Assembly (NCBI GenBank): GCA_963728915.1
Contig: CAVSLV010000001.1
Span: 1,600,001 to 1,664,000, forward strand
Origin: an uncultured Gemmatimonadales bacterium
GTDB lineage: Bacteria; Gemmatimonadota; Gemmatimonadetes; Gemmatimonadales; GWC2-71-9
Length of the DNA: 64,000 bases
Direction of reading: 5' to 3'
Under the pieces are notes generated by a model, which did no database searches, was not told the origin of the DNA, and saw nothing but the letters and a program-made list of their open reading frames with translations. Within the stretch, counting starts at the first letter, position 1. Each line of letters starts with the position of its first letter. Both the position numbers and the translations under genes were made by a program. This document shows positions 1 to 12,056 of the stretch, piece after piece.

Positions 1-275
1 TAGCTGATGAACTTCACGCCGCGATCGGGATCGAACTTGCGGGCCGCGATGAGCAGGCCAAGGTTCCCTTCGCCGATGAGGTCCATGAGGCCAAGGCCGC
101 GATTCTGATATCGCTTGGCGATCGAGATCACGAATCGAAGGTTCCGGCTCACCAGCTCGTTGATGGCGGCCTCGTCGCCCCGAAAGCTCCGCCGGGCGAG
201 GGCGGTTTCTTCGGCCGGAGTGAGCAGTTGGACTCGGCTCACATCCTGCAGATAGAGGTCGAGAATGGTGTGCAA
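1..275 (-). CDS. RNA polymerase sigma-70 family factor (RpoD/SigA-like, no region 1.1), 5' part; runs off the left edge
   Basis: Manual translation from TTG at 275 (GAGG 5 nt upstream): [23 protein letters not shown]...[52 protein letters not shown], which are sigma regions 1.2 and 2.1-2.3. Not in the ORF track because it is truncated. Confidence 0.93.
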   Translation of the reverse strand, partial: MHTILDLYLQDVSRVQLLTPAEETALARRSFRGDEAAINELVSRNLRFVISIAKRYQNRGLGLMDLIGEGNLGLLIAARKFDPDRGVKFIS

Positions 276-316
276 ATAAACCTCGACGGACGAGGGCTCA
301 GAGGTGAGCAATTTGC

Positions 317-345
317 TTGACAGGATTGGACTTAGCCACTACCTT
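317..345 (+). promoter_or_regulatory. sigma-70 promoter for the tRNA operon
   Basis: TTGACA (317-322) - 17 nt - TACCTT (340-345), about 45 nt upstream of the first tRNA. Confidence 0.7.
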
Positions 346-388
346 GCCGCGTTCGATCGCCCTCCCGGCAAGCGTTCGAAAATATAAA

Positions 389-461
389 GGGGGCGTAGCT
401 CAGTTGGGAGAGCGCGTGAATGGCATTCACGAGGTCAGGGGTTCGATCCCCCTCGCCTCCA
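389..461 (+). tRNA. tRNA-Ala(GGC)
   Basis: Cloverleaf; acceptor GGGGGCG/CGCCTCC with the G3:U70 Ala identity pair; anticodon loop ATGGCAT; GTTCGA T-loop; no encoded CCA. Confidence 0.96.
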
Positions 462-590
462 CTCGGACGGACAGGCGGAACGGCGGACAGGCGGACGGTC
501 GAGTGGGGAACGCCGGGTGATGACGAGTGGCGAGTAGCGAGTAGAAGGTGCGACTACCCCCTATTCGCTATCCCCCACTCGCGGTAGTTT

Positions 591-663
591 GCGGGAATAG
601 CTCAGTTGGTAGAGCACAACCTTGCCAAGGTTGGGGTCGCGGGTTCGAGTCCCGTTTCCCGCT
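591..663 (+). tRNA. tRNA-Gly(GCC)
   Basis: GCGGGAA...TTCCCGC-T acceptor, anticodon loop TTGCCAA, GTTCGAGTC. Confidence 0.97.
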
Positions 664-705
664 CTGAGCAGGCGGACGGGCGGACAGGCGGACAGTTCAC
701 AACGG

Positions 706-779
706 CGCGGGGTGGAGCAGTCTGGTAGCTCGCCGGGCTCATAACCCGGAGGTCGTGGGTTCAAATCCCACCCCCGCTA
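706..779 (+). tRNA. initiator tRNA-fMet(CAT)
   Basis: CGCGGGG 5' end with C1:U72 mismatch, three consecutive G-C pairs in the anticodon stem (GGG-CTCATAA-CCC). Confidence 0.95.
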
Positions 780-893
780 CTGAAGACGGACAGACGGACA
801 GACGGGCAGAGGGACAGAGGGCCAAGAGGAGACGATCGCACCCGGTCCTCCACTGCCCCCACTGACCCGCTGTCCGTCTGACCGTCTTGGATC

Positions 894-967
<74 letters not shown>

Positions 968-977
968 TCCCAGCCCG

Positions 978-1051
978 GCGCCCTTAGCTCAACTGGATAG
1001 AGCATCTGACTACGGATCAGAAGGCTGGGGGTTCGAATCCCTCAGGGCGCG
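978..1051 (+). tRNA. tRNA-Arg(ACG)
   Basis: GCGCCCT/AGGGCGC-G acceptor, TCTGA-CTACGGA-TCAGA anticodon arm. Confidence 0.96.
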
Positions 1052-1148
1052 CATGACGGTGGGTCTGTGAGGACGGTGGGGTCAGTGAGGTCGGTGGTGA
1101 TCGGAAGCTCCGACCGTCCGACCTCACCGACCAGCCGACCGTCCGAGA

Positions 1149-1222
1149 CGGGGCGTAGCGCAGCCTGGTAGCGCGCCTGCTTCGGGAGCAGGAGGTCCCG
1201 GGTTCAAATCCCGGCGCCCCGA
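1149..1222 (+). tRNA. tRNA-Pro(CGG)
   Basis: CGGGGCG/CGCCCCG-A acceptor, CCTGC-TTCGGGA-GCAGG anticodon arm, GTTCAAATC. Confidence 0.96.
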
Positions 1223-1235
1223 TGGAAAACATGAC

Positions 1236-1309
1236 GGGCCCGTAGCTCAGCTGGATAGAGCGCTTGCCTCCGGAGCAAGAGGTCGCGCGTTCGAATCGCG
1301 CCGGGCCCA
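1236..1309 (+). tRNA. tRNA-Arg(CCG)
   Basis: GGGCCCG/CGGGCCC-A acceptor, CTTGC-CTCCGGA-GCAAG anticodon arm. Confidence 0.96.
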
Positions 1310-1313
1310 TGGA

Positions 1314-1343
1314 AGGCGGACTGGCGGACAGTCCGCCTACTTT
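1314..1343 (+). terminator. hairpin after the last tRNA (possible intrinsic terminator or processing signal)
   Basis: Perfect 10-bp stem AGGCGGACTG / CAGTCCGCCT with a 5-nt loop, followed by ACTTT (weak U-tract). Confidence 0.5.
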
Positions 1344-1348
1344 CCCCC

Positions 1349-2567
1349 ATGCCAGAACACGACACCTCCCTCTTGCTCGCCCTGGCGGCGATTCTCATCG
1401 CCACCAAGCTCCTGGGTGAGCTGGCACAGCGAATCGGGCAGCCCGCCGTTCTGGGAGAGCTCCTCGCGGGCGTGCTGCTGGGGCCGTCCCTCTTCCGGAT
1501 CCTGGATCCCGCCGATCCCGTGCTCGCCGCTCTGGGGGAGCTCGGCGTGCTGGTGCTGCTGCTCCAGATCGGGTTGCACACCGACCTCAAATCGATTCTT
1601 CGAGTCGGCCCCGCCGCCACGGGGGTCGGACTCGCCGGCGTCGTCGTCCCGTTTGGCCTGGGCCTGCTGGTGACCCGTCTCCTCGGATTCACCGGCCTGG
1701 TTCCGTTGGTGTGTGCGGCGGCGCTGACCGCGACCTCGATCGGGATCAGTGCCCGGGTGCTCGCCGATGTGGGAAAGCTCCGCACCACCGAGGGCAATGT
1801 GGTGCTGGGCGCCGCGGTGCTCGATGACGTGATCGGTCTCATCGTGCTCTCGATCATTTCGGGGATGGTGGGCGGGGCGGCGCTCTCTCTGGCCGGCATC
1901 GCCAAGACGACCGCCGTCGCGGTCGGCTTCATCGTCGCAGCGATCCTGGTCGGCGGAGTGGTGGTGCCCCCCTTCATCCGGCTGGTGGCCCGTCTCCGCC
2001 TGGTGTGGGCCCTCGGCGCGATGGCGCTCGCGCTGGCCCTGGTCATGGCGGGAATCGCGGGCTGGGCCGGCTCCGCCACGATCATCGGGGCATTCGCGGC
2101 GGGACTGGTGCTGCATGGAACCCCGCAACGGAAGGAGATCGAGGAGGCGACCTCGACCCTGGGACACTTCTTCGTCCCCATTTTCTTCGCGGTGGTCGGC
2201 GCCGCGGTGGACGTGCCCAGCCTGGTGCAGGGTCGCGGGCTGCTGGTGGGAGCCGCGCTGATCGTGGTCGGGGTCTTCGGCAAGTTCGTCGCCGGCTTCG
2301 TCCCGTTCCGGCTCAAAGCCGATCACACCCTCATCGGGGTGGCCATGATTCCCCGGGGCGAAGTCGGGCTCATCTTTGCTCAGCTCGGAAAAAGCAGTGG
2401 AGTGCTCGACGCGGGACTCTTCAGCGCGGTTCTCCTGATGGTGATCGTCACCACCTTCATCGCACCGCCCTGGTTGTCATTCCTGACCCGCGAGCACCGG
2501 CGCCGGGCCACCCCGGAGCCGCCGGGCGGACTGCCGGAGCTGGTAGTGGGAGAGCGCCCCCGGGAGA

Positions 2568-2581
<14 letters not shown>
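1349..2581 (+). CDS. cation:proton antiporter (CPA2, NapA/KefB-like membrane domain)
   Basis: Highly hydrophobic; GQPAVLGELLAGVLLGP, ATSIGISARVL, GAAVLDDVIG, IIGAFAAG and MIPRGEVGL motifs. Confidence 0.9.
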
Positions 2582-4748
<2,167 letters not shown>

Positions 4749-4803
4749 CGGGGAGACGGGACGATCGGGACTGGGCACCACACCTCCGGGTTAATTGCGC
4801 CGG

Positions 4804-5943
4804 TCAGAACGCGAACGGCACCGGCAGAAAGGTCAAGGCGAACACCGCCACGGACGCGAAGCCGATCCAGCGCCGGCTGGGGGGGACCGGACGATCCGGC
4901 ATCACCACGGCGGGATGGGTCCACCGTCCGCCCCCGATCAGGAAGGTGAGCACCACCCAGACATACCAGTGGGGAGACTGCTGGGCCAGAATCAGCAGTC
5001 CGATGACCGCCGCCCCGGCCACCACCCGCTGATGGCGTCCCAGGATTCCGTAGAGCACGTGCCCGCCGTCGAGCTGGCTCAGGGGCAGCAGGTTGAGCCC
5101 GGTAATGAAGGCGCCGACCCAGCCGGCGAAGGCGGGGAGGCTGAGGTGGACCGCCGGGGCGCCGGGAAAGAACGCGTGCCGGAGCATGCGGGTTAGGAGC
5201 GAATCGCCCAGCCCGATCGGCTCACCGGCGAAGCTCACCCAGGAGCCCATCGCTCCGTGCTCCATTCCGGCAGGGAGCGGCGCGGCCACCGAGACCGCGT
5301 AGCCCCAGACCAGCACCAGCACCGTCACCACGAATCCCGCCAGGGGCCCCGCCGCCCCGACGTCGAGGAGCTGTCGGCGGTCGAGGACCGGGCTTCGCAT
5401 CCGAATGAACGCCCCGAGGGTGCCGATAGGCGATAAGGTCGGCGGGATGGGGAGAAAGAAAGGTGGCGACACGTCCAGTCCGTAGCGGCGGGCGGTGAAG
5501 TAGTGCCCCGATTCGTGCACCAGCAGAATGGCGAGCAGCGGAATCCCGAAGGACCAGCCCTGCAGGAAGAGGGGCCAGTCTCCGCCCGCCAGTCCGCGAA
5601 CGAAGCGGGCCATGCCGGCGAACACGCCCGGAAGCCCTTCCCCGACCCACGGCACCCACACGCCGGCGAGCGCGGCCCCGGCCCCCAGGGTGCACACCAC
5701 GGCGAGTCCGAGCAGCACCGCATGCACCAGCCATCGCGGGCGTCTCAGGTTGGCCGGAGCGCCAAGCAGCACCAGCCGGGTTCGCGCCCGGTCGGCCCAG
5801 TACCAGGCACCCGGCCATTGATCGAGGGCCTGACGCAACCGGTCCGAATCGCGGAACGCAGGGTCCACCAGCGCGTCCACCACCTCACGATTCCCGAGGT
5901 GCATGACCCGCCAGGATGAGAAGAAGCCGAGCAAGCGATCCAG
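4804..5943 (-). CDS. site-2 protease family (M50) membrane metalloprotease
   Basis: HESGH zinc motif, GAFIRM, AAGPLAG, LNLLPLSQLDGGH. The ORF opens at 6012, but that overlaps the rho promoter, so the start is probably about 5943-5904. Confidence 0.88.
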   Translation of the reverse strand: MDRLLGFFSSWRVMHLGNREVVDALVDPAFRDSDRLRQALDQWPGAWYWADRARTRLVLLGAPANLRRPRWLVHAVLLGLAVVCTLGAGAALAGVWVPWVGEGLPGVFAGMARFVRGLAGGDWPLFLQGWSFGIPLLAILLVHESGHYFTARRYGLDVSPPFFLPIPPTLSPIGTLGAFIRMRSPVLDRRQLLDVGAAGPLAGFVVTVLVLVWGYAVSVAAPLPAGMEHGAMGSWVSFAGEPIGLGDSLLTRMLRHAFFPGAPAVHLSLPAFAGWVGAFITGLNLLPLSQLDGGHVLYGILGRHQRVVAGAAVIGLLILAQQSPHWYVWVVLTFLIGGGRWTHPAVVMPDRPVPPSRRWIGFASVAVFALTFLPVPFAF

Positions 5944-5952
5944 AGGAGCCTC

Positions 5953-5981
5953 TTGACGAAAACGTTGTGGAATGATAAGAT
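5953..5981 (+). promoter_or_regulatory. sigma-70 promoter of the rho operon (extended -10)
   Basis: TTGACG (5953-5958) - 17 nt - TAAGAT (5976-5981), with TG-N immediately before the -10. Confidence 0.65.
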
Positions 5982-6141
5982 ACGCCCTCGGTTTGCAGCT
6001 ATTCCTGTGCACTTCGAAAACCTCCGGCGCGTCCCCTTGGGCGTGCCGGCACTTCCATAGAAGACTCCCGACCCTGACCCTTTTTCCTCTCGCCTAACCC
6101 GGTCGCGGGCAACAGCCCAGGACCCGTACGAGGCTCCCTCA

Positions 6142-7389
6142 GTGGACATTTCCGAACTCAAGCAGAAATCCGTCGCCGAGCTGCACGCGCTGGCCCAGCA
6201 GCTCAACATCTCCAATTACTCCGGGCTCCGCAAACAGGACCTGATCTTCCGGATCGAGCAGTCCCTGCTGGAAACGGACACGGTCATCCGGGGCGAAGGC
6301 GTCCTCGAGATTCTGCCCGAGGGCTACGGCTTCCTGCGCAGCCAGGACTGGAACTATCTCTACGGGCCCGACGACATCTACGTCAGCCCGAGCCAGATCA
6401 AGCGATTCGACCTCCGCACCGGCGACACGGTCTTCGGCCAGGTCCGTCCGCCCAAGGAGGGGGAGCGGTATCTCGCCCTGCTCAAGGTCGAGAACGTCAA
6501 CTTCGAGGAGCCCGAGAAAACCAAACACCGGATCGCCTTCGACAACCTCCGTCCCCGCTATCCCGACCAGAAGATCCGGCTCGAGGGCGCCAAAGGCGAT
6601 CTCTCCATGCGGGTGGTGGATCTGCTCGCCCCGATCGGCAAGGGGCAGCGCGGCCTCATCGTGTCACCGCCCAAGGCGGGCAAGACCATCCTGCTCCAGA
6701 AGGTCGCCAACGCGATCACCGAGAACCAACCCGAGATCATCCTCATCGTCCTGCTGATCGATGAGCGCCCCGAAGAAGTCACCGACATGCAGGAGAACGT
6801 CCAGGCCGAAGTGATCGCCTCCACCTTCGACGAGCCGGCGGACCGGCACGTCCAGGTCGCCGACATGGTCATCGAGAAGGCCAAGCGGCTGGTGGAGCAT
6901 GGGCGCGACGTGGTGATCCTGCTCGATTCGATCACCCGGCTCGCCCGGGCCCACAACGTCGTGGTCCCCCACTCCGGCAAGATTCTCTCCGGCGGGGTGG
7001 ACGCCAACGCGCTCCAGAAGCCCAAACGATTCTTCGGCGCGGCCCGGAACATTGAGGGCGGCGGCTCGCTCACCATCATCGGCACCGCGCTGATCGATAC
7101 CGGGAGCCGGATGGACGAAGTCATCTTCGAGGAGTTCAAGGGGACCGGCAACATGGAGCTGGTGCTGGACCGCCGGCTCGCGGATCGGCGGATCTGGCCC
7201 GCGATCGACGTCCAGAAGTCGAGTACCCGGAAGGAGGAGCTCCTCATGGACAAGGACGAGCTCAGCCGAGTCTACTTGCTGCGCAATTTCCTCGCGGACA
7301 TGCCTCCGGTCGAGGCGATGGAGTTCCTGCTGGAGCGGCTCAAACGCACCAAGACCAACAAGGAATTCTTCTCCACGATGAACCAGTAG
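6142..7389 (+). CDS. rho: transcription termination factor Rho
   Basis: [63 protein letters not shown]. Confidence 0.99.
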   Translation: MDISELKQKSVAELHALAQQLNISNYSGLRKQDLIFRIEQSLLETDTVIRGEGVLEILPEGYGFLRSQDWNYLYGPDDIYVSPSQIKRFDLRTGDTVFGQVRPPKEGERYLALLKVENVNFEEPEKTKHRIAFDNLRPRYPDQKIRLEGAKGDLSMRVVDLLAPIGKGQRGLIVSPPKAGKTILLQKVANAITENQPEIILIVLLIDERPEEVTDMQENVQAEVIASTFDEPADRHVQVADMVIEKAKRLVEHGRDVVILLDSITRLARAHNVVVPHSGKILSGGVDANALQKPKRFFGAARNIEGGGSLTIIGTALIDTGSRMDEVIFEEFKGTGNMELVLDRRLADRRIWPAIDVQKSSTRKEELLMDKDELSRVYLLRNFLADMPPVEAMEFLLERLKRTKTNKEFFSTMNQ

Positions 7390-7394
7390 TCGCC

Positions 7395-7832
7395 ATGGAT
7401 CTTCCCGGATCCGGTCGCCTCCTCGCCGTGGATTGGGGGGAGCGTCGTTTCGGGATCGCGGTTTCGGACGAGTCCCAGATCATCGCCACCCCCCTCACGA
7501 CCCTTACCCGGCGGGCCGGCAAACGGTTTCCCATGCCGGCCTTTCTCGACCTGGTCGCCGAGCAGCATCCCGTCGGCATCATCGTCGGGCTTCCTCTCAC
7601 CCCGGACGGCGGCGAAGCGGAGTCTGCCCTCGCCGCCCGTGCCCTCGCCGACCTGGTGGCCAGACGGACCGGTCTTCCCTTCGAGATGGTGGACGAGCGG
7701 ATGACCACGGCGAGGGCCCACGCGGCGATCCGGGAACAGGGGGGATCGGTCCGGGGCCGGAGGGAGGAAGTGGACGCCCTGGCGGCGGCGGTGCTGTTGC
7801 AGGGGTTTCTGGAGCGGCGGAGGAATGGGTAA
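7395..7832 (+). CDS. ruvX: YqgF/RuvX pre-16S rRNA nuclease / Holliday junction resolvase-like protein
   Basis: LAVDWGERRFGIAVSD, VGLP, DERMTT, VDALAAAVLLQ. Confidence 0.92.
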   Translation: MDLPGSGRLLAVDWGERRFGIAVSDESQIIATPLTTLTRRAGKRFPMPAFLDLVAEQHPVGIIVGLPLTPDGGEAESALAARALADLVARRTGLPFEMVDERMTTARAHAAIREQGGSVRGRREEVDALAAAVLLQGFLERRRNG

Positions 7833-8826
7833 CGGCGGACGGGCGGAGCGGCGGGCCGGCGGGCTGCTCTCGTTGGCGGCCGTGGGTCTCCTGTCCTGCG
7901 GCTCTCCGCCTAACCCGGGGAGCCAGGAGGTGGTGGTGATCCCCGCCGGCACCACGGTCCGCGGGGTGGCCGACAGCCTCGCCGCCCACGGCATCATCCG
8001 CTCGCGGTTCTGGTTCCGAGCGCTGACCAGGCTCCGCGGCAAGGAACGGCAGCTGCAGCGAGGCGCCTACCTGTTCGCGCGCGATGCCGGATCGGGGGAG
8101 GCCCTGGACGCACTCATCGCCGGCAAGTCGATCCTCCAGCACGTCACCATCCCCGAAGGCCTGACCCTCCTGGATATCGCGAAGCTGGTCGACAGCACCC
8201 TCGCGGTTCCGGCCGCCCAGTTTCTGGAGGCGGCGCGCGACACCGCCCTGCTTCGGGAGTATGGCATTCCCGGTCCCTCGCTCGAGGGATATCTCCGGCC
8301 CGAGACCTATCTCATGGCGCCCGGCCTCGACGCGCGGAAAGTGGTCCGGGTGCTGGCGAACCGGTTCGTGGTGGATTGGAAACCCGAGTGGGACGCGGCC
8401 GCCCGGGCCCAGGGCCTCGACCGCCATGGAGTGGTGACTCTGGCGAGCATCGTGGAGACCGAAGCGAAGGTCGACAGCGACCGACCGCTGATCGCCGCGG
8501 TCTACCGGAATCGGCTCCGGCTGGGCATGCCGCTCCAGGCCGACGCGACCGTCCAGTATGCGATGCGGATCACGACCGGCTCCCGCAAGACCCGCCTCTA
8601 CGAGAAGGACTACGACTTCCCTTCCCCGTACAACACCTACCTGCATCCGGGACTGCCACCGGGACCGGTGGGGGCGCCGGGAACCCGGAGCATCGAAGCG
8701 GTGCTCGCGCCGGCCGCGGTTCCCTACCTCTACTACGTGGCGAAGGGCAACGGGGCTCACCTGTTCTCGCGAACCTATGCGGAGCATCTCCGGGCGATTC
8801 GCCGGGTGCGGCAGGCCAGGCCATGA
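7825..8826 (+). CDS. mltG: endolytic transglycosylase MltG
   Basis: TIPEG, LEGYLRPETY, LASIVETE, NRLRLGMPLQADAT, SPYNTYLHPGLPPGP. Confidence 0.95.
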   Translation: MGNGGRAERRAGGLLSLAAVGLLSCGSPPNPGSQEVVVIPAGTTVRGVADSLAAHGIIRSRFWFRALTRLRGKERQLQRGAYLFARDAGSGEALDALIAGKSILQHVTIPEGLTLLDIAKLVDSTLAVPAAQFLEAARDTALLREYGIPGPSLEGYLRPETYLMAPGLDARKVVRVLANRFVVDWKPEWDAAARAQGLDRHGVVTLASIVETEAKVDSDRPLIAAVYRNRLRLGMPLQADATVQYAMRITTGSRKTRLYEKDYDFPSPYNTYLHPGLPPGPVGAPGTRSIEAVLAPAAVPYLYYVAKGNGAHLFSRTYAEHLRAIRRVRQARP

Positions 8827-8865
8827 CCGAGAGCCGAGCCTCGCTTCTATATTCATTCCTGCTCC

Positions 8866-9564
8866 ATGAATAAGGTCTTTGCTGACGCGCGCGCCGCGTG
8901 TGCCGATGTCTTCGACGGGGCCACCCTCTTCGTCGGGGGGTTCGGACTGGCCGGGGTACCCGAGGAGTGCATCTATGCGCTGCGCGATCTCGGCCCCCGG
9001 CACCTGACCATCGTTTCCAATAACGCCGGCACCACCGAACACGGGCTGGTGCACCTGCTCAAGAACAAACAGGTGCGCAAGATGATCTCGAGCTACGTGG
9101 GCGAGAATGAGGTGTTCGAGAAGCTCATGCTCTCCGGCGAGCTCGAGGTGGAGCTCACGCCCCAGGGCACCTTGTCGGAGCGGATTCGCGCCGGTGGCGC
9201 CGGCATCCCGGCTTTCTACACCCCGACCGGCGTCGGCACCCGGGTCGCCGAGGGCAAGGAAGTGCGGGAGTTCGGGACTCGACGCTATCTCCTCGAACGC
9301 GGGCTCACCGGTGACTTCGCCCTGATCCACGCGTGGAAGGGCGACCGGCTGGGCAACCTGGTCTACCGGAAGACGGCCCGGAACTTCAATCCGATGATGG
9401 CCATGGCGGGACGGGTGACGGTCGCCGAGGTGGAGCACCTGGTCGAACCGGGTGAGATCGATCCCGACCAGGTCCATACGCCCGCGATCTTCGTGCAGCG
9501 GGTCTTTCCGGTCCGCTCGCTCGAGAAGAAGATCGAGCGCCACACCGTCCGGAAACGACCGTGA
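8866..9564 (+). CDS. scoA: 3-oxoacid CoA-transferase subunit A
   Basis: [51 protein letters not shown]. Confidence 0.93.
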   Translation: MNKVFADARAACADVFDGATLFVGGFGLAGVPEECIYALRDLGPRHLTIVSNNAGTTEHGLVHLLKNKQVRKMISSYVGENEVFEKLMLSGELEVELTPQGTLSERIRAGGAGIPAFYTPTGVGTRVAEGKEVREFGTRRYLLERGLTGDFALIHAWKGDRLGNLVYRKTARNFNPMMAMAGRVTVAEVEHLVEPGEIDPDQVHTPAIFVQRVFPVRSLEKKIERHTVRKRP

Positions 9565-10211
9565 GCGGACCCGACATCCGCCAGATCATCGTGCGCCGCG
9601 CCGCGCTGGAGCTTCGCACCCTGACCGAGGCAACCGGCTACTACGTCAATCTGGGGATCGGGCTGCCGACCATGATCGCGGATTGCGCCCCGCCCGATAT
9701 TCCCTTCGTGCTCCATTCGGAAAACGGCATGCTCGGAGTGGGTCCCTATCCGATCGAAGGCGAGGAGGACCCCGATCTGATCAACGCCGGCAAGGAAACC
9801 GTCACCGAGCTTCCCGGCACCAGCTACTTCGACAGCGCCACCTCGTTCGCGATGATCCGCGGGGGACACGTCGCCCTGAGCTTCCTGGGCGCCATGCAGG
9901 TCTCCGAGCGGGGAGATCTCGCCAACTGGATGATCCCCGGCAAGATGGTGAAGGGGATGGGTGGGGCCATGGACCTCGTCGCGGGCGCACGGCGAGTCAT
10001 CGTGATCATGGAACACACCGCCCGGGACGGTTCACCCAAGATCCTCCGAGCGTGCACCCTGCCGCTCACCGGGGAGCGCTGCGTGCACCGGATCATCACG
10101 GAGCGCTGCGTGCTCGACGTCACCCCGGGCGGCCTCAAGGTGGTGGAGATCCTGCCGGGATCGACCCGTGAGGCCGTCACGACGGGCACCGACGCCACCC
10201 TGCTCTGGTGA
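9561..10211 (+). CDS. scoB: 3-oxoacid CoA-transferase subunit B
   Basis: VNLGIGLPT, catalytic [30 protein letters not shown] overlap with subunit A. Confidence 0.93.
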   Translation: MSGPDIRQIIVRRAALELRTLTEATGYYVNLGIGLPTMIADCAPPDIPFVLHSENGMLGVGPYPIEGEEDPDLINAGKETVTELPGTSYFDSATSFAMIRGGHVALSFLGAMQVSERGDLANWMIPGKMVKGMGGAMDLVAGARRVIVIMEHTARDGSPKILRACTLPLTGERCVHRIITERCVLDVTPGGLKVVEILPGSTREAVTTGTDATLLW

Positions 10212-11434
10212 CCCCGGCGTCGATCGACGTTCGTTGTGCCTGCGGTCAGACCTATCACGCCGATCCCGGGCACGTCGGCAAGTCGATCCGGTGCCGCTGC
10301 GGCCGGATGCTCGCGGTCCAGGCGCCCGCCCCGCCCCGCGCCGAGGGCCGGAGTCGGCGCAACCCGCGGCGCCCGGCCCAGAGCAAAATCGCCCGGCTGG
10401 GTGACCGGGCCCGCCGGTTCTGGCTCGGACGGGGGATCCTAACCCGCGTTGCCCCGCGAGTCAGCCGCTGGGCCCGGTCCCTGGCCTGGGGATATCTCGC
10501 CCTCGTGGTGGCGTTCACGGCGGGCCTCTGGCTCCTGGGCGACCGCTGGTGGCCGGTGACCGCCCTCCTGTTCGGCCCCCGCTGGTTGATCCTGGTGCCC
10601 GCCCCGTTCGTGGCGGCCGGCGCGCTCCTGGTCCGGCCCGCCACCCTGCTGCCGCTCACGGTCAGCCTCGGTATCGCGATCGGCCCGGGGATGGGCTTCC
10701 GGACCGGCTGGCGCGACTGGGTCGAGTCGGATCATCGCGACCTTCGCGTGATCACCTTCAATATCGACGCAGGGGAGAACTTCCGCGCCTTTGCGATCCC
10801 CCAGGATCTGGAGCGGTTCGCGCCCGACGTGATGGTGTTCCAGGAATGCGATGAGCATCTGGCCGATCCCCAGTACTGGCCCGAGGGGTGGACCATTCGG
10901 TTCGACGCCGGACTCTGTCTGGGAAGCCGCTATCCCCTCCTCGGGTCCACCCAGGAAGAGGAGGTGCACACCGGAGACCTGGGCGGTACCGGAACCGCCC
11001 GGCTCTATCGACTCGATGCGCCGGGTGGACCGGTCGACCTGGTCAGTGTGCACCTGGAGACGCCGCGAAAGGGCCTTCAGGCGCTCGAATACGGCGGCAA
11101 TGCCTCGCGCATGGGGCCGAGCACGTTCGTTCGCGACGTCGGATCGCGGCGGATCCGCCGCTGGGTGGCTCGTCAGAGTCAGGCGGCGATCGTGGCGGGG
11201 GACTTCAACATGCCGGTGGAAAGCGTGATCTACCAGCGCTACTGGAGCGATTGCCCCAACGCCTTCTCCGCCGTCGGGCACGGCTTCGGATACACCAGGA
11301 TCCTCAAGGGCTTCTCGATCCGCATCGACCATGTCCTCGACTGCGGAGGGTGGCGGCCGGTCAAGGCCTTGGTGGGGCCCGATCTTGGATCGGACCACCG
11401 GCCCCTTATCGTGGACCTCCGCCGGAACCGCTGA
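10208..11434 (+). CDS. membrane-anchored endonuclease/exonuclease/phosphatase (EEP) protein with N-terminal Cys-rich zinc ribbon
   Basis: CACG...CRCG, about 3 TM segments, ITFN, FQE, VHL, AGDFN, IDHVL, GSDHRP. Confidence 0.85.
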   Translation: MTPASIDVRCACGQTYHADPGHVGKSIRCRCGRMLAVQAPAPPRAEGRSRRNPRRPAQSKIARLGDRARRFWLGRGILTRVAPRVSRWARSLAWGYLALVVAFTAGLWLLGDRWWPVTALLFGPRWLILVPAPFVAAGALLVRPATLLPLTVSLGIAIGPGMGFRTGWRDWVESDHRDLRVITFNIDAGENFRAFAIPQDLERFAPDVMVFQECDEHLADPQYWPEGWTIRFDAGLCLGSRYPLLGSTQEEEVHTGDLGGTGTARLYRLDAPGGPVDLVSVHLETPRKGLQALEYGGNASRMGPSTFVRDVGSRRIRRWVARQSQAAIVAGDFNMPVESVIYQRYWSDCPNAFSAVGHGFGYTRILKGFSIRIDHVLDCGGWRPVKALVGPDLGSDHRPLIVDLRRNR

Positions 11435-12027
11435 ACGCCCGGGCCGCCCGCTCCAGGTCGCTCTCCCCCAGGATGCCCGACACCACCGCGACCCCGATCG
11501 CTCCCTCGGCACGAATCGCCGGCAGGTCCCGAGGCAGGATCCCGCCGATCGCCACGCAGGGAATCCCGTTCGCGAGCGCCACCACCTCGCGTAACCCGCT
11601 AGCGCCGATCGCGCTCCCGGCATCGGGCTTGGTCCGGGTAACCCGCCACGGCCCGACGCCCCAGTAGTCCGCGCCGGCCTCCGCCTCGGCGCGAGATCCC
11701 ACCGAGGCTCCGATGACGAATCCAGGCGGAGCCAGGCGCCGAGCCGACTGGACCGTCAGGTCCTCCGGGCCCAGATGCACCCCCGCGGCACCCACCGCGA
11801 GGGCGACATCGAGGCGATCGTTGACCAACACGGGTACCGGAACCGCGGCGATCAGTCGCCGAGCCAATTGGGCGAGCGCCCGCGGCGTGGCCTGCTTGAG
11901 GCGGAGCTGCACCGAGCTCACTCCTCCGCGGACCGCTGCCGTTGCCAGCTCCACCACGTCGCGATCGGCGACCAGCGCGTCATCGGTCACCAGCATGAGG
12001 CGGAGCATCTCGGCTAGATTCGGCACG
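11406..12027 (-). CDS. thiE: thiamine-phosphate synthase
   Basis: VQLRLK, VNDRLDVALA, GVHLGPED, TRTKPD, VAIGGI, GVAVVSGI. Start is probably GTG 12027 or ATG 12009, not 12200. Confidence 0.92.
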
Positions 12028-12056
12028 GGAGAACAGTAACCAGTGATCCGTGACCG

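Noticed and set aside
7597..9543. Long antisense ORFs (e.g. 7597-9543, 3150-4949, 20901-22619, 27992-29971, 33092-35989, 49923-52163, 57132-58955)
   Set aside because: Shadow frames opposite well-supported genes, expected in high-GC DNA; no recognisable motifs
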